Of a stretch of 64,000 bases of DNA, positions 22,816-33,373 are shown one piece after another; position 1 is the stretch's first letter; each line of letters opens with the position of its first letter. The notes under the pieces were generated by a model, which was not told the DNA's origin, ran no database searches, and saw nothing but the letters and a program-made list of their open reading frames with translations. The stretch comes from Prasinococcaceae sp. CCMP 1430. Its lineage: Eukaryota > Plantae > Prasinodermophyta. Made by a program: the position numbers and the translations under genes. The stretch is taken from NCBI GenBank assembly GCA_013416795.1, contig RQSC01000027.1, positions 790,251 to 854,250 on the forward strand, written 5' to 3'.

Positions 22816-24307
22816 ATGAGCGGTAGTGGCGGGTGGGGTGGCGCCCCATGGGGGGCGCTGTACACCCACGAGCTGGTGGGTCACACCAAGAAGGTGCACG
22901 TCGCCAAGTTCTCTTGCGATGGGCGGCGCATCGCTTCGGGCGGGATGTGCGTAGGCGTGCCGATGGCATACGCGCGGCTGCGCGCCCATGCAGTGGCGCG
23001 TGCGTGTGCATCAGCGCGCTTGCGCCCACGCACGCGCGTGCGTGCTCGTGCGCGTCGCGCGCGCGCGATTGCTGACGGGCGCGGCTGCGGTGTGCCTTAC
23101 ACGCGGCGGCTTCGGCGCGGTCTGCAGGGACGCGAGCGTGCGTGTGTGGGGCGCTCGCCATGGCGCCGAGCGCTCGACGCGGCCCACGCGTGAGACGGTG
23201 CTGTCGGGGCACACGCGCACCGTCGATATGCTCGCGTGGCACCCCACCGACGGATCGGTGCTCGCGAGCACCACCACTGATAAGACGGTGCGAGTATGGG
23301 ACGCCGGCACACGCAAGTGCACCGCCACTATCAAGCTCGAGGGGTGCGCAGGGCCGCTCAACGTTGCGTGGGCGCCAGGGGGCGGGGAGCTATGCGTGGG
23401 CACCATGGCCGATGAACTTATCTTCATCGATGCGCATGAAAAGAAAGTCACGCGCAAGGTCGAATTCGGCGACAAGTATCAGGTCAACGAGTTCACGTGG
23501 TCGCGCGACGGCAAGTTGATGTACCTGACCACCGACGAGGGGGTGGAGGTGCTTCACTACCCCAGCCTTGAGCGCGCGCACACGCTGCGCGGCCACACGG
23601 GCACGTGCTACTGCCTCGCGCTTGATCGTGCGGGTACGCGGCTGGCGGTAGGCAGCGCGGACGCGCTGGTGTCCGTATGGGACCTCGACGAGTATGTGTG
23701 CGTGGCGACATACGCGGGCGCGACATCCCAAGTGCGCAGCGTCAGCTTCAGCGCCGACGGGGCCCACGTAGCGGCGGGGTCGGAGGATCACAGCATCGCC
23801 GTATTCGATGCTGCAACAGGAGAGAGCGCATACGTGCTGGCGACGGGCGCAGGCGTCAATTGCGTGTCGTTCAGCCCCGCGGACAGGCTGATGGCCATCG
23901 CGCTCGAGGCTGAATCTGCGGCTGTGAGGGTGTATGGCCACGCGGAGGCGCAGCCGCCGCCGCCGAAAGCCAGGCAGTCGCAGGCACCGCAGGCTCATGC
24001 ATCGAATGCCCCGCATGCCTCGCACGCCCCGCAGCATGCGCAGCCGCGCGCCCATCAGCACGCGCATGCGCCACAGCACGCGCCGCGCGCGCATGGGCAA
24101 CCGATCCTGGATGCGCGCGCTATGCCCTTCACCCCAAACCCGTCGCTGCCCGCGCCGGGGCACAACATACACATGCCCCCGCAGATGCAACAGGGGCCGC
24201 CTGGGCGGCTGCTCGTCGGCCAAGGCCCCCCGCCCAACATGCCGCCACCGCAGCAGTGGCAGCGCGGCAGGCCGCCCATGCCCGGGGGGATCCCGGGGCG
24301 GTACTGA
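22816..24307 (+). CDS. THOC3: THO complex subunit 3 (TEX1), WD40 repeats plus a Pro/Gln-rich tail; 2 exons (22816-22946, 23128-24307)
   Basis: ELVGHTKKVH, LSGHTRTVDMLAWHP, YPSLERAHTLRGHTGTCYCLALD...AVGSADALVSVWD. Intron GTGCGT...CTGCAG restores the frame. Confidence 0.9.
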
Positions 24308-24469
24308 GTGCTAGGCGCGCAGGAAGGTACCGAGTCGGGGCGCGCACGGCGCGCACGGCGGGTGGATAACATAACATGCATGAGCGTATCTTGTCGTGTA
24401 CGGGCACCGCTGAGTCGCGCGCAATCGCACGCGCTTCGGTCACGCGTGGGTGAGAGCACCTGCCCACCG

Positions 24470-26458
24470 TCACCCGCTGACGGCCACTCGAACCGGCATC
24501 AACGCCGACATCAGTTTCTTGTTTGGTCTCCTCTGTCGTGTGATGATGATGAGCATGAACTTCTCCACGCGCGCATCGATGAAGTTGATAGCCTTGTACT
24601 CGTCCCCATCTGCAGTTCTCACCAGCGACAGGTACGCCTCCTTCTCGAGCAGGGTTTTGTCGAGCACGCGCCCGAGCAGGCCCGGCTCGACCCTGTCGAA
24701 AGCCGCGTGCATCTCGTCCCACCTATTTCAGCTCGCACCGAGTCGGCAGCACGTCAGCGCCGCGCATGTGCCCGCGCGTCGGCAGGAGATTGGTGGGTAG
24801 GGGAGAGGCTGTTGGCGTTTTGGGGCGGGCGGGGGAGCGGGCAACGAGGCACGCGCTGCGTACATATCCACGTCGAGGGAGTCGAGAACGAAGGGCTTGC
24901 CGTAACGGATGGCGCCCAGAAGGCCGCGACGCAGTTTGTTGGGCTCCAACGCGCTCGGATTGCAAAGCTGAACGAAATTAGAGTCCGCGTATGTAAGGAA
25001 GACGCTGGACTGGCCAGAGGGGTCTACCAACAACGGCCAGCGCCCGCCCGCTGCCTCCTTGAGTCGCCTGGCGCCCTCACCTTCGCGGAAGAGCAGGTCA
25101 TTCAACCCCCCGATGTCACAGCGCAAGCATGAGTCGTCCTCCGCAGCGTCGAGCTCGTCAGCGTGAGCATCGGCCTCGCCACGGTTGCGCGCGCGCTCGG
25201 AAGAGAGCGCCGCGACCGCCTCGCGCGAGGCCTCGGCCGTCTCCGTGGCACGCAGGACGCAGGCCTCCACCCGCGCCTCTGCGTCGTGAATGGCCTGTAG
25301 GGTAAGCTCAATGGTGTCGGCGCGCTTGGTGCCCTCAGTAACCATCAGATCGTGCTCCTCTATGAGGCGCGCGAGCTCCGCGCGCGCTCCTCGGAGCTCG
25401 CGTTGCGATATGTCTGCCGCGCGCTCAGCGCCATCGGCAGCACTTTCAAGGGCCGACTCGGCGGCCTGTGCCTGCTCCGTCCGCAAGGCAGCCGCCTCCT
25501 TGGCCCTCTCCGCCCTCTCAGTAATCAGTCTCTCGGTCTCCTTGGGGTCAAAGTCCGCTAGGGCCGACTTGATTTCGTCTGTGGCTGCCACGCCGATGGG
25601 CAGCTCACCCTCGTCATTTGATAGCTGGGGATCAGCGCCTGCCGACAGCAGCAAGCGCACGCACGCCAACTTGGCCATGAAGCATGCACGCCACAAAGGT
25701 GTTCTGCCATACTGCCCCTTGCGGTTAGGGTCTGCGCCGAGCTCGAGCAACCTCGCAAGAGCGCCCTCGGCGCCGCCTGCTGCTGCCTCGCTTAGCGCCG
25801 TGTTACCGCTGGCGTCCTCGGCCTCCACCTCAACCAGCTTGCGGCCGGTCGCTGCGCATGTGGTCGCCAGCGCCTGCTCAAGCTCGTCGACTTCATCATC
25901 GTAGGCGGCCTCAAGCAGCTGCATTCTCGCGGCTGCCTCGGCCTTGCGACGTGCGCGCTCTTCGGCATCGCGTTTGCGGCGCTTGGCCTCTTGCTTGCGC
26001 TCGTATTCCACCTGCGCGAGCCATGCCTTGTGTCTCAGCTCCTCCATCTCCTCCTCCATCGCGGCCTGCTTGGCGCGCATGCTGCCTAGCATTAATCGCG
26101 CAAGCTTGCCGCGTACCATTGCCTGAATCTGGGTGGCCGCGGCAGCCTCCTTGGCCTCGCGCGCTAGTCGCTCCTTTTTGGCTACAGACGCCTCCTTGAC
26201 GCCCTTATTTTGCGCCCGCGCGCCCGCGGGCCTCTTGGCACCCTTGAGGCCTCCCGCCACAGGCTTCTTCTTTGCGCTTGCGGCTGCACCACCTGCCTTG
26301 GGGGACGTGCCGGTCGCCCCCCCCGTGCCCGGCGCGCCTGGCTTCTTCTTGATGACAGTCGCGCACGCTGGTGGGCCGAGCACTTTCTTCTTCTTCTTTG
26401 GCGCAGCCGGGGCGCCCGGCGCCTTGGCGCCCGTCTTGGCGCCCGGCGCCTTCTTCAT
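24470..26458 (-). CDS. IQANK1: IQ motif and ankyrin repeat domain-containing protein 1-like; 2 exons (26458-24864, 24722-24470)
   Basis: IQ motif AATQIQAMVRGKLAR; ankyrin repeats GNTALSEAAAGG and GRTPLWRAC; C-terminal GRWPLLVDPSGQSSVFLTY...LLGAIRYGKPFVLD. Confidence 0.85.
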
Positions 26459-27147
26459 GGCGCACGTCTGGGAGGCGCCGCGCCGCGCCGGCCGGCCTGC
26501 GTGCCGCGCCCCGCCTCGCCGGCTCGCGCCATGGCGCGGCGCGATGTGCCACCCTTTGCCGCGGGCCGCGCGGGGGCAAGACTGGTCATGCCCTCGCCTG
26601 ACGCCCCCTTCCCCCCACTGCCGTGGATTGCAGGATTGGGGTGGGCTGGGGGTAGCGCGCCCGTTGCAGGCGGGGGAACGCGCCGGCAGCCCGTGGAATT
26701 CCGCATGCGTCCGCCTTTTTGACCGGGGTCATATCGTGCTTTACTCGCCAAAGACCGGGTCTGTGCATCGGAACCACAGCGACCAAACCGGTTCGACCGC
26801 GAGGCGGACCAGGGCGGCGGGGCGTGCGCGGCGCGCCCAGCCGCCGGCTCAGCGGCGGCTGGCGGCGCACGCGAACAGCGGCGCGCCGTTGGCACGCGCG
26901 CGCGCCGTGGGCGCGCGGACGCCTGCCGCGCTCTGGGTCCTGCAGGGAGGTCCTGACCTGCCCCCTGGGAGCGAACGAGCGAGCGAGCGAGCGAGCGCGG
27001 GGACGGAGGGTGGAAAGGGGGCGGGCGAGCAGCCGAGGGCAGCCGGCTGCGGCGGAGCCAGGCGCCGGCGCGGGCGCCGGCGCTTGCTCGACGGGGGGGC
27101 TGGGCGCCTTGTCGGCCCGCAGCGGCGCGGCCAGGCGCTGAGCCGGC

Positions 27148-28752
27148 ATGGCAACGGCCGTGGAGATCAACGGCGTTAAGGTGTACAACCTTAGTGGCCG
27201 CGGCGGCGGCGCAGCCACTCCTAAATGGACTGAGAACGCCGCAGCTGCGGTCAAGAAGAAGGAAAGCGGCGGCGGTCCTGACGATGACTCGCTGGAGCTC
27301 CTGCAGGGGCTGGAGTTCACGACGGCGTGCACGCGCGTCAAGACCTCGCCGGACGGCGAATTCCTCCTTGCGAGCGGCGTCCATCCGCCTGCCATCAAGG
27401 CCTTTGAGTTCCGCAACCTTTCACAGAAATTTGAGCGGCGCGTTGACGCGGAGATCGTCGACTTCCAGGTGCTCACCGCGGACTATTCCAAACTCGCGCT
27501 GCTGTGCGCCGACCGTGCGGTGCGACTCCACGCGCGCTTCGGCTCTTACCACTCGGTACGCACGCCCCGCCAAGGTCGCACGCTCGCCTACCACGCGCCC
27601 ACCGCAGAGCTGCTCGTGGGGGGGTCCGCAGCCGAAGTGTATCGCATCAATCTCTCACAGGGGCGCCTCATGCCCAGCTTGCCCTGCCGCTCGCCGGCAG
27701 TGAACGTGCTCGGCGTGTCGCCCACCACGAGTCTGCTGGCGGCCGGTGGCGAGGACGGCGCGCTTGAGCTTTTCGATACGCGCGCGCGCGCGGCCGTGGG
27801 GCGCGTGGAGGTTTGTGCGCCGCGCGAGGGTGGGAGCGGCGGGCGTGCGGCTCGGCACGCATTACTGTACGGCGAGGACAAGTCAGGGCAGGTGACCTCG
27901 CTGCGCTTTAGCGAGCGCGACCCGCTGCTGGTGGCTGCCGGCACATCCGAAGGCCTGGTCAAACTCTACGACCTGCGCAGCTCACGCCCGCTGCTCGAGA
28001 AGGACCACCGCAACGGCGAGCCCATCGTGGACATCAAGTTCCACGCCGCTGCGGGCGTGTCTGACGCGGCGGGCGCCGGCGGCGAGGCGGTGCTATCGGC
28101 GGACAAGCACTGCGTGAAGGTGTGGGCAGCCTCGACGGGTGAGCCTCTGGTGAGTATTCAACCGCAGCCCGAGGCGGGCGAGATCAACGACGTGTGCGTC
28201 ATACCTCGCAGCGGGCTCATATTCTGCGCTATGGATGCACCGAGGCTGCTCACCTATTTCGTTCCTGCGCTGGGGCCCGCGCCGCGATGGGGGTCCTTCC
28301 TTGAGAATGTCACGGAGGAGATGGAAGAGCAGACGGCAGACACGGTTTACGTGGACTTCAAGTTCGTAAGCCGCGAGGAGCTGCCGCGGCTTGGCCTGGA
28401 GCACCTGGTCGGCACCAACCTGCTGAGGCCTTACATGCATGGCTTCTTCGTCAACCACCGGCTGTACGAGAAGGCGCGGCGGCTGTCCAAGCCATTCGAG
28501 TATGAGGAGTACCGACTGGAGCGCGTGCGTGACAAGGTGGAGGCCGCGCGCACACAGCGTATCACTGTACGCAAGCGCGTCCCTAAGGTCAACCGCGCAC
28601 TCGCGGAGAAACTACAGGCGGGCGGCGCGGACAAGGGCGGGAAGGGCAAGGGCGGCAAGAAGGGCGTCGACGGCGCGGCAATCCTCGCAGACTCGCGCTT
28701 CGCGGCGCTCTTCAACGATGCGCGTTTCGCCGTGCAGGACAACGAGCGGTAG
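27148..28752 (+). CDS. NOL10: Nucleolar protein 10 (ENP2), WD40 repeats, ending within the NUC153 motif
   Basis: LELLQGLEF...SPDGEFLLASG..PP, DYSKL..L.ADR..LHA, YFVPALGPAPRW.SFLEN.TEE.EE, YVDFKFV, LLRPYMHGFF, DSRFAALF. Confidence 0.93.
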   Translation: MATAVEINGVKVYNLSGRGGGAATPKWTENAAAAVKKKESGGGPDDDSLELLQGLEFTTACTRVKTSPDGEFLLASGVHPPAIKAFEFRNLSQKFERRVDAEIVDFQVLTADYSKLALLCADRAVRLHARFGSYHSVRTPRQGRTLAYHAPTAELLVGGSAAEVYRINLSQGRLMPSLPCRSPAVNVLGVSPTTSLLAAGGEDGALELFDTRARAAVGRVEVCAPREGGSGGRAARHALLYGEDKSGQVTSLRFSERDPLLVAAGTSEGLVKLYDLRSSRPLLEKDHRNGEPIVDIKFHAAAGVSDAAGAGGEAVLSADKHCVKVWAASTGEPLVSIQPQPEAGEINDVCVIPRSGLIFCAMDAPRLLTYFVPALGPAPRWGSFLENVTEEMEEQTADTVYVDFKFVSREELPRLGLEHLVGTNLLRPYMHGFFVNHRLYEKARRLSKPFEYEEYRLERVRDKVEAARTQRITVRKRVPKVNRALAEKLQAGGADKGGKGKGGKKGVDGAAILADSRFAALFNDARFAVQDNER

Positions 28753-28785
28753 CACGCGGGGCGGTAATATTGGGTGTAATACATG

Positions 28786-30957
28786 TCAGCGTTCACGCGG
28801 TGGCTCATCGGCGCGCCTCGCGCCCACGCCGCTCGGCAGCCTGTCACAAGCAAGCTCGAGCAGCGCCGCCTTCTGCCGCTCCATGGCCTGGAGCATCCCG
28901 ACAAGCTCCCGCTCCGCATCCACCGCACGCATGCGCGAGGCCTCGGCCTGCGCGCGCGCGGCGTCACACTCGGCTGTCGCGGCCTCCTCGGCCGCTGCTG
29001 CGCGCGCCTCGGCAGCCGTCTCGGCGGCCTCGGCGCGTGTGCGCGCGTCGTCCGCCGCCCGCACTGCTGCTGCGCGTTCTGCTGCGGCCTCCTCCGCAGA
29101 CGTGAGCGCAGCATCGCGCTCAGCAGTCAGGCGCGACTGGTTGTCCTTGAACACATCGGTGAGACGAGAGATCTCTCCCTCGACGTACGCGAGCGCCTCA
29201 TCGCGTCTCGCGAGTTGGTCAGAGAGCTCGTCGGCGCGTGCCTCGGCCGCGGCGGCGGCGGAATCACGTTCTCGCAGCTGCTCGCGCAGAGCTGCCGAGC
29301 TTTCGTCTGCACGCGCAAGCTCCGCCTTGAGCGAGCGACCTCGCTCAACCTCCGCGCGCAGTCGACGTTCAGCGGCCGAGGCGTCCTCGCGTGCGCGCTC
29401 GCGCGCGCTCGCGAGCTCTCGCGCGCCCTCGGCGAGCTTGGCCTGCGAAGCCTCCAGGGCGGCACCGTTCGACTCGAATATGGCATCGCGCGCTCGCGAC
29501 TCATCGCTCGCACGCTGTACTGCTAACGCGTGCTCTGCCTCGACGCTCGCCAGTCGCGCAGCAAGCGTCTCGCAATCTTCGCGCGCTGCGCGTAGAGCGT
29601 CCGCTGCCGCCGTCGCGTCGGCAGCAGCTCGCGCCCGTGCGGCAGCGAGGTCTTCGTGTGCCGCCAGGCAGTGCGCCTTCCATTGCCCGCCAGCCTCGCG
29701 CGCAGCGTCTGCTTCAGCGCGGGCCGCCAGCGCGTGCGCAGCAGACTCTTTCACTTTCGTGCGCAGCGCGCCAACGGTGCGCTCAAGTGCCGCTGCCGCC
29801 TCGCGCTCCGCGGTCGCGCGTGCGATCGCCTCCTGTTGCGCGCGTACGATCTTCGAGAGCCCCGCAATGGTCTCCTCTCGGCGCGTCTTGTCCGTCTCGG
29901 CCGCTTTGAGGGCCGCGCGAAGCAGACGCGCCTGCGAGCTCAGCTCGCGCAGCGCTGCACCTGTGGCTTCCTCCGACTGGTGCTGCGGCTCGCCGCCACC
30001 GTCGGAGCCATCGCGCTCACCGCCCTCCCCACCGTAGTTCCCCTCGCCTCCCGAGGTTTCGCGGCCGCCGTCGCTTTTGCTTCCACCATCTTGGAAGGAA
30101 CAAGAAGCATCGCAGGACTGGACGCTCTTGTTCTCCGGAGCACTGGTCCGCACCTCGGAAGTTGCTCGCGGTGGGAGCCCTGGACGGTCGCGCGCGTCGC
30201 TGCCAGCGCTCTGAGCGGCCGCTGCCTGCAGCAACGCTCGCGCCTCAGCCGCGGCGGCGGTGGCCGCCGCGGCGGCCGCAGCCGCAACTGCCGCCTTGGA
30301 GGCTTCCTCTCCGCGTCGTCGCTCCGCATGCACTGCGGCAGCGACGCGTGCAGCCACCTCGGCGTCGGCACGGGCTCGGTCGCTCGCCGGCACTCGTACT
30401 GGCACCGGCGCTGGGGACGACAGTGGTGCCGACGCACGCGGTGGGGCGGCTGGCGACACGTGCACCACGGGCGTCTCGTCGGCAGCGCGATCGGCAGCAA
30501 CTATCTCAGGCATTGCTTTGCTCTCTCCTTCGTCGTCGTGGTCGTCGGAGTCGCGGGGAGCGATCTCTACCGGCAGTGCGGCCTGATGCTTTGGGGGTGC
30601 AGAGGCATCCTCCGTGTCCCGGGACGTCCCACCCGCGTGCGTTGCGGCGCTTGCGCCCGTGTGCGTTCGCATCGACGCGCCCACAGCTCGCGGCCGGGCG
30701 AGCGCGGCAGCAACCGCGGCAGTATCGCGCTCGGCTTGCAGCGCCATGACCTCCGCCTGGCAGTCGCTGAGGAACTCCTCCAGCTTTCCGCGCATCTCCT
30801 CCACCTCGCGCTCGGGCGCCGCCCCGCCCCCACGCTCCGCAGCCATTGACGTCCTGTCTGGCGACGTCTGCACCGCGCGGTCGAGCGCCACCTCGGATTC
30901 ACGCGGCAACGGCCGCCGCCTTGGACGCGGTCGCACTACCGCCCCTGCCGCCTCCAT
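28786..30957 (-). CDS. Coiled-coil protein with an LRRCC1/VFL1-like C-terminus (no LRRs seen)
   Basis: 723-aa ATG-initiated ORF. LAYVEGEISRLTDVFKDNQSRLTAERD and AERELVGML resemble the LRRCC1 tail as recalled (LETQVKEVKEKFENKEKKLKAERD / IEKEMRELL). Confidence 0.5.
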   Translation of the reverse strand: MEAAGAVVRPRPRRRPLPRESEVALDRAVQTSPDRTSMAAERGGGAAPEREVEEMRGKLEEFLSDCQAEVMALQAERDTAAVAAALARPRAVGASMRTHTGASAATHAGGTSRDTEDASAPPKHQAALPVEIAPRDSDDHDDEGESKAMPEIVAADRAADETPVVHVSPAAPPRASAPLSSPAPVPVRVPASDRARADAEVAARVAAAVHAERRRGEEASKAAVAAAAAAAATAAAAEARALLQAAAAQSAGSDARDRPGLPPRATSEVRTSAPENKSVQSCDASCSFQDGGSKSDGGRETSGGEGNYGGEGGERDGSDGGGEPQHQSEEATGAALRELSSQARLLRAALKAAETDKTRREETIAGLSKIVRAQQEAIARATAEREAAAALERTVGALRTKVKESAAHALAARAEADAAREAGGQWKAHCLAAHEDLAAARARAAADATAAADALRAAREDCETLAARLASVEAEHALAVQRASDESRARDAIFESNGAALEASQAKLAEGARELASARERAREDASAAERRLRAEVERGRSLKAELARADESSAALREQLRERDSAAAAAEARADELSDQLARRDEALAYVEGEISRLTDVFKDNQSRLTAERDAALTSAEEAAAERAAAVRAADDARTRAEAAETAAEARAAAAEEAATAECDAARAQAEASRMRAVDAERELVGMLQAMERQKAALLELACDRLPSGVGARRADEPPRER

Positions 30958-31360
30958 CGCTCTCCCGGTGCGGCGTCCCGCACACGCGCTGTGGCGCCCT
31001 CACCCTCTGCGGCGAGTTCGTTCCCCGACGCGCGCGCGCGCACGCGCGGCACCGTTTTCAAATCGGGCCTCGCCGACCCCAGTCAAGCCAAACAAAATCC
31101 GGTCTCTGCCTTTCACCCGGGCTCTTCCAACGGGCAATCGGGGGGGGCTGAACGAACGCCATCAAACGGGATGCGCCGCACTTCGGAACGGGCGAATTTT
31201 TTGATTTTGATCGTGACTTTGGTCGGCGCCGCGGGGGTTCCCCATGGGGACCATGTCATGCACGTGTGTGGGCCAGCGGTGTGGGCGTGCATGTGGGCTG
31301 GCGCACGCACCTGACGCCACACCGCGCCTGCGCCGCGGTGGCTGGGGGGGGAGGGGCGCA

Positions 31361-33373
31361 ATGTGCGCCAGTGGCGGCGTGCTGCGCCTGCGCGTGTCGC
31401 GCTGGCGCGGCGGCAGCGGGCACGCCAGCGCCAGCGCGAACGACGGCCGCTGCGTGCGCTGCGTCGTCGAACGCGGCGGCGATGTTGCCGCGCTGCGGGT
31501 CGCGCTCGCTGCGCAGTGGGCCGACACATTTGGCCTCGCGGGCGTCGCCGTGCGCGTCGTACGCGACGCCGCCGGCTTCGCGCTGCCACCGCGCGCGGCC
31601 GTCGCCGAGCTGCTCGCCGATGGAGATGCAGTCTCCGTCGAGGCTGATGAGGAGGAGGACGTGGCGCCCCGAGCAGTGGACGCCGCAGTGGAGACCACGA
31701 CCGACGACGCCGTGCATGCTCTTCTGCCCCTCGACAGCTCGCGTAGCGGCGCGCCGCTCGGGGAGCTTGCGCGCGCGTACGAGCGCGAACAGGTCGTGCT
31801 TGCAGCGCACGCGGCGCGCGTGGCTGCGGCATCGCCTGCGGCCGCGGTGCAGGAGCTGCTCGACGGTGGCGCAGGCGCCAGCGGCGCCAGCGGCGCCAGC
31901 GGGGCTCTGCGCATGCTGCTCTCGCTGGCCACAGCACCGCGCGCCGCCGCGCGTGCGGGCGCTTCGCGCGCGCTGCTGCACGTACTGGAGCAAATCGACG
32001 CCCGGGAGGTGGACGTGCTCGCGCGAGCCAGCGAGGCGCTCGCCCTCGCCGTCGTGAGGGATGCCTCCGCTACTGGAGGCACGAACGATGAGACGGTGGA
32101 CGCGTGCGCGGCCGCGATAGAGGCACTCGCGTGTGCAGCTGAGGCTGCCCCCAGCACGGTAGTCGACGCTGGCGGCGCGCGTGCGCTCGCCCACGCATTG
32201 CGAACCGCGCGCACGCATGCGGGTGCGCCGCGCGCGCGCGCGTGCGTTCGCGCCTGCACGAGGCTCACCCGTGCGATCGCCGCGGGTGAGGGCGGCACCG
32301 CCGCCATGGCCGAAGCGGGCACCGCCGAAGCCATGCTGGCGCATCTTCCGGCACCACACGCGCGCGGCGAGGAGAGTGCGGACGACGCGCCAGTGTCGGA
32401 CGTCGGCGCAGACGAGGAACTGCGCGTGGATGTCGTGCGCGCGCTGACCCTCGTGTGTGGCGGCGGAGGCGCTGCCGCGGCATGGCGGCCGCCGCCCGTG
32501 GCCAACGTGGGGGGGGCGCTTGCAACGTCTGAGGGCGGCGGCAGCGCGGGTGTCGTTAATGCGGCGGGTGCGGCGGGCGCTGAGGGGCTGCGAGCGCTCG
32601 CGCGTGCTCCCGACGCCGCGCTTCACCGCGTGGCCGCGCGCGGCGCGCAAGCGCTCGTCGTGGAGGTTGCCGCTGAGAGGGCAGATCTCGAGCGAGTCGG
32701 TGGGACTGGACCCGAGCGCGACTCCCCCGAGGCGTCCTTTGTTGCGTCGGGTGGCCTTGAGCTGCTTTGGGCGCTGGCGCAGTCGCCAGCGGCCGACGTG
32801 CGCGCGCACGCCGCTGCGTCCACCGAGCGCCTCGTCGCCTCGGCGAGCTTCACGGGGCGGCGCCGGGCCGCGCTCGGTGCGGGGCTGCCCACGCTGCTGA
32901 GGTGGCTGGCTCCAATCGACGAGGACGAGGGCGGCGAAATGACTCAGCAGGACAGAGACTGGCACGAGTCAGCGCGCGCATCCGCGGCGGGTGCGCTGGT
33001 CCCGCTGTTGGCCGTGGAAGACACGCGCACTGAGGCGCTCGCGCGGCGGGCGTCGTCGGCCGCCGCAGATGCAGCTGCGCGTCGCGGTCACGACGGCACG
33101 CTCGTCTCGCTGCTCGCGCTGGGCGCGTGCAACATGCCCGCGCTTGCGCACTCGCAGGCGTCGCCCCAGGCGCGCCAGCGCACGCGCCGCGCGTGCGCCA
33201 AGGCGCTCGCGTCCCTCGCCGCGCACCGTAGCGTGCGGCCGGTCCTCGCCGCCTGTGCGCGCGTGACTCGCATGGTGGAGGCGACCGCACGCGAGCCCCC
33301 GGCTGACCGTCTCGAGGCTCTCTACTGGACGCAGCTCGGCGATGCGCTCCGCCAGTTCAGGCCCAGTTGGTAG
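31361..33373 (+). CDS. Armadillo/HEAT-repeat protein with an N-terminal ubiquitin-like beta-grasp-type domain
   Basis: Helical Ala/Leu-rich repeats (GGLELLWALAQSP, GLPTLLRWL). N-terminal VRDAAGFALPP..AVAELLADGDAVSV resembles coilin-N/Net1-N-type domains. Confidence 0.6.
   Translation: MCASGGVLRLRVSRWRGGSGHASASANDGRCVRCVVERGGDVAALRVALAAQWADTFGLAGVAVRVVRDAAGFALPPRAAVAELLADGDAVSVEADEEEDVAPRAVDAAVETTTDDAVHALLPLDSSRSGAPLGELARAYEREQVVLAAHAARVAAASPAAAVQELLDGGAGASGASGASGALRMLLSLATAPRAAARAGASRALLHVLEQIDAREVDVLARASEALALAVVRDASATGGTNDETVDACAAAIEALACAAEAAPSTVVDAGGARALAHALRTARTHAGAPRARACVRACTRLTRAIAAGEGGTAAMAEAGTAEAMLAHLPAPHARGEESADDAPVSDVGADEELRVDVVRALTLVCGGGGAAAAWRPPPVANVGGALATSEGGGSAGVVNAAGAAGAEGLRALARAPDAALHRVAARGAQALVVEVAAERADLERVGGTGPERDSPEASFVASGGLELLWALAQSPAADVRAHAAASTERLVASASFTGRRRAALGAGLPTLLRWLAPIDEDEGGEMTQQDRDWHESARASAAGALVPLLAVEDTRTEALARRASSAAADAAARRGHDGTLVSLLALGACNMPALAHSQASPQARQRTRRACAKALASLAAHRSVRPVLAACARVTRMVEATAREPPADRLEALYWTQLGDALRQFRPSW

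Noticed and set aside
23950-24307. Pro/Gln/His-rich THOC3 tail as a prion-like module
   Set aside because: Low-complexity tails occur on many proteins in this window, and nothing specific supports a function.
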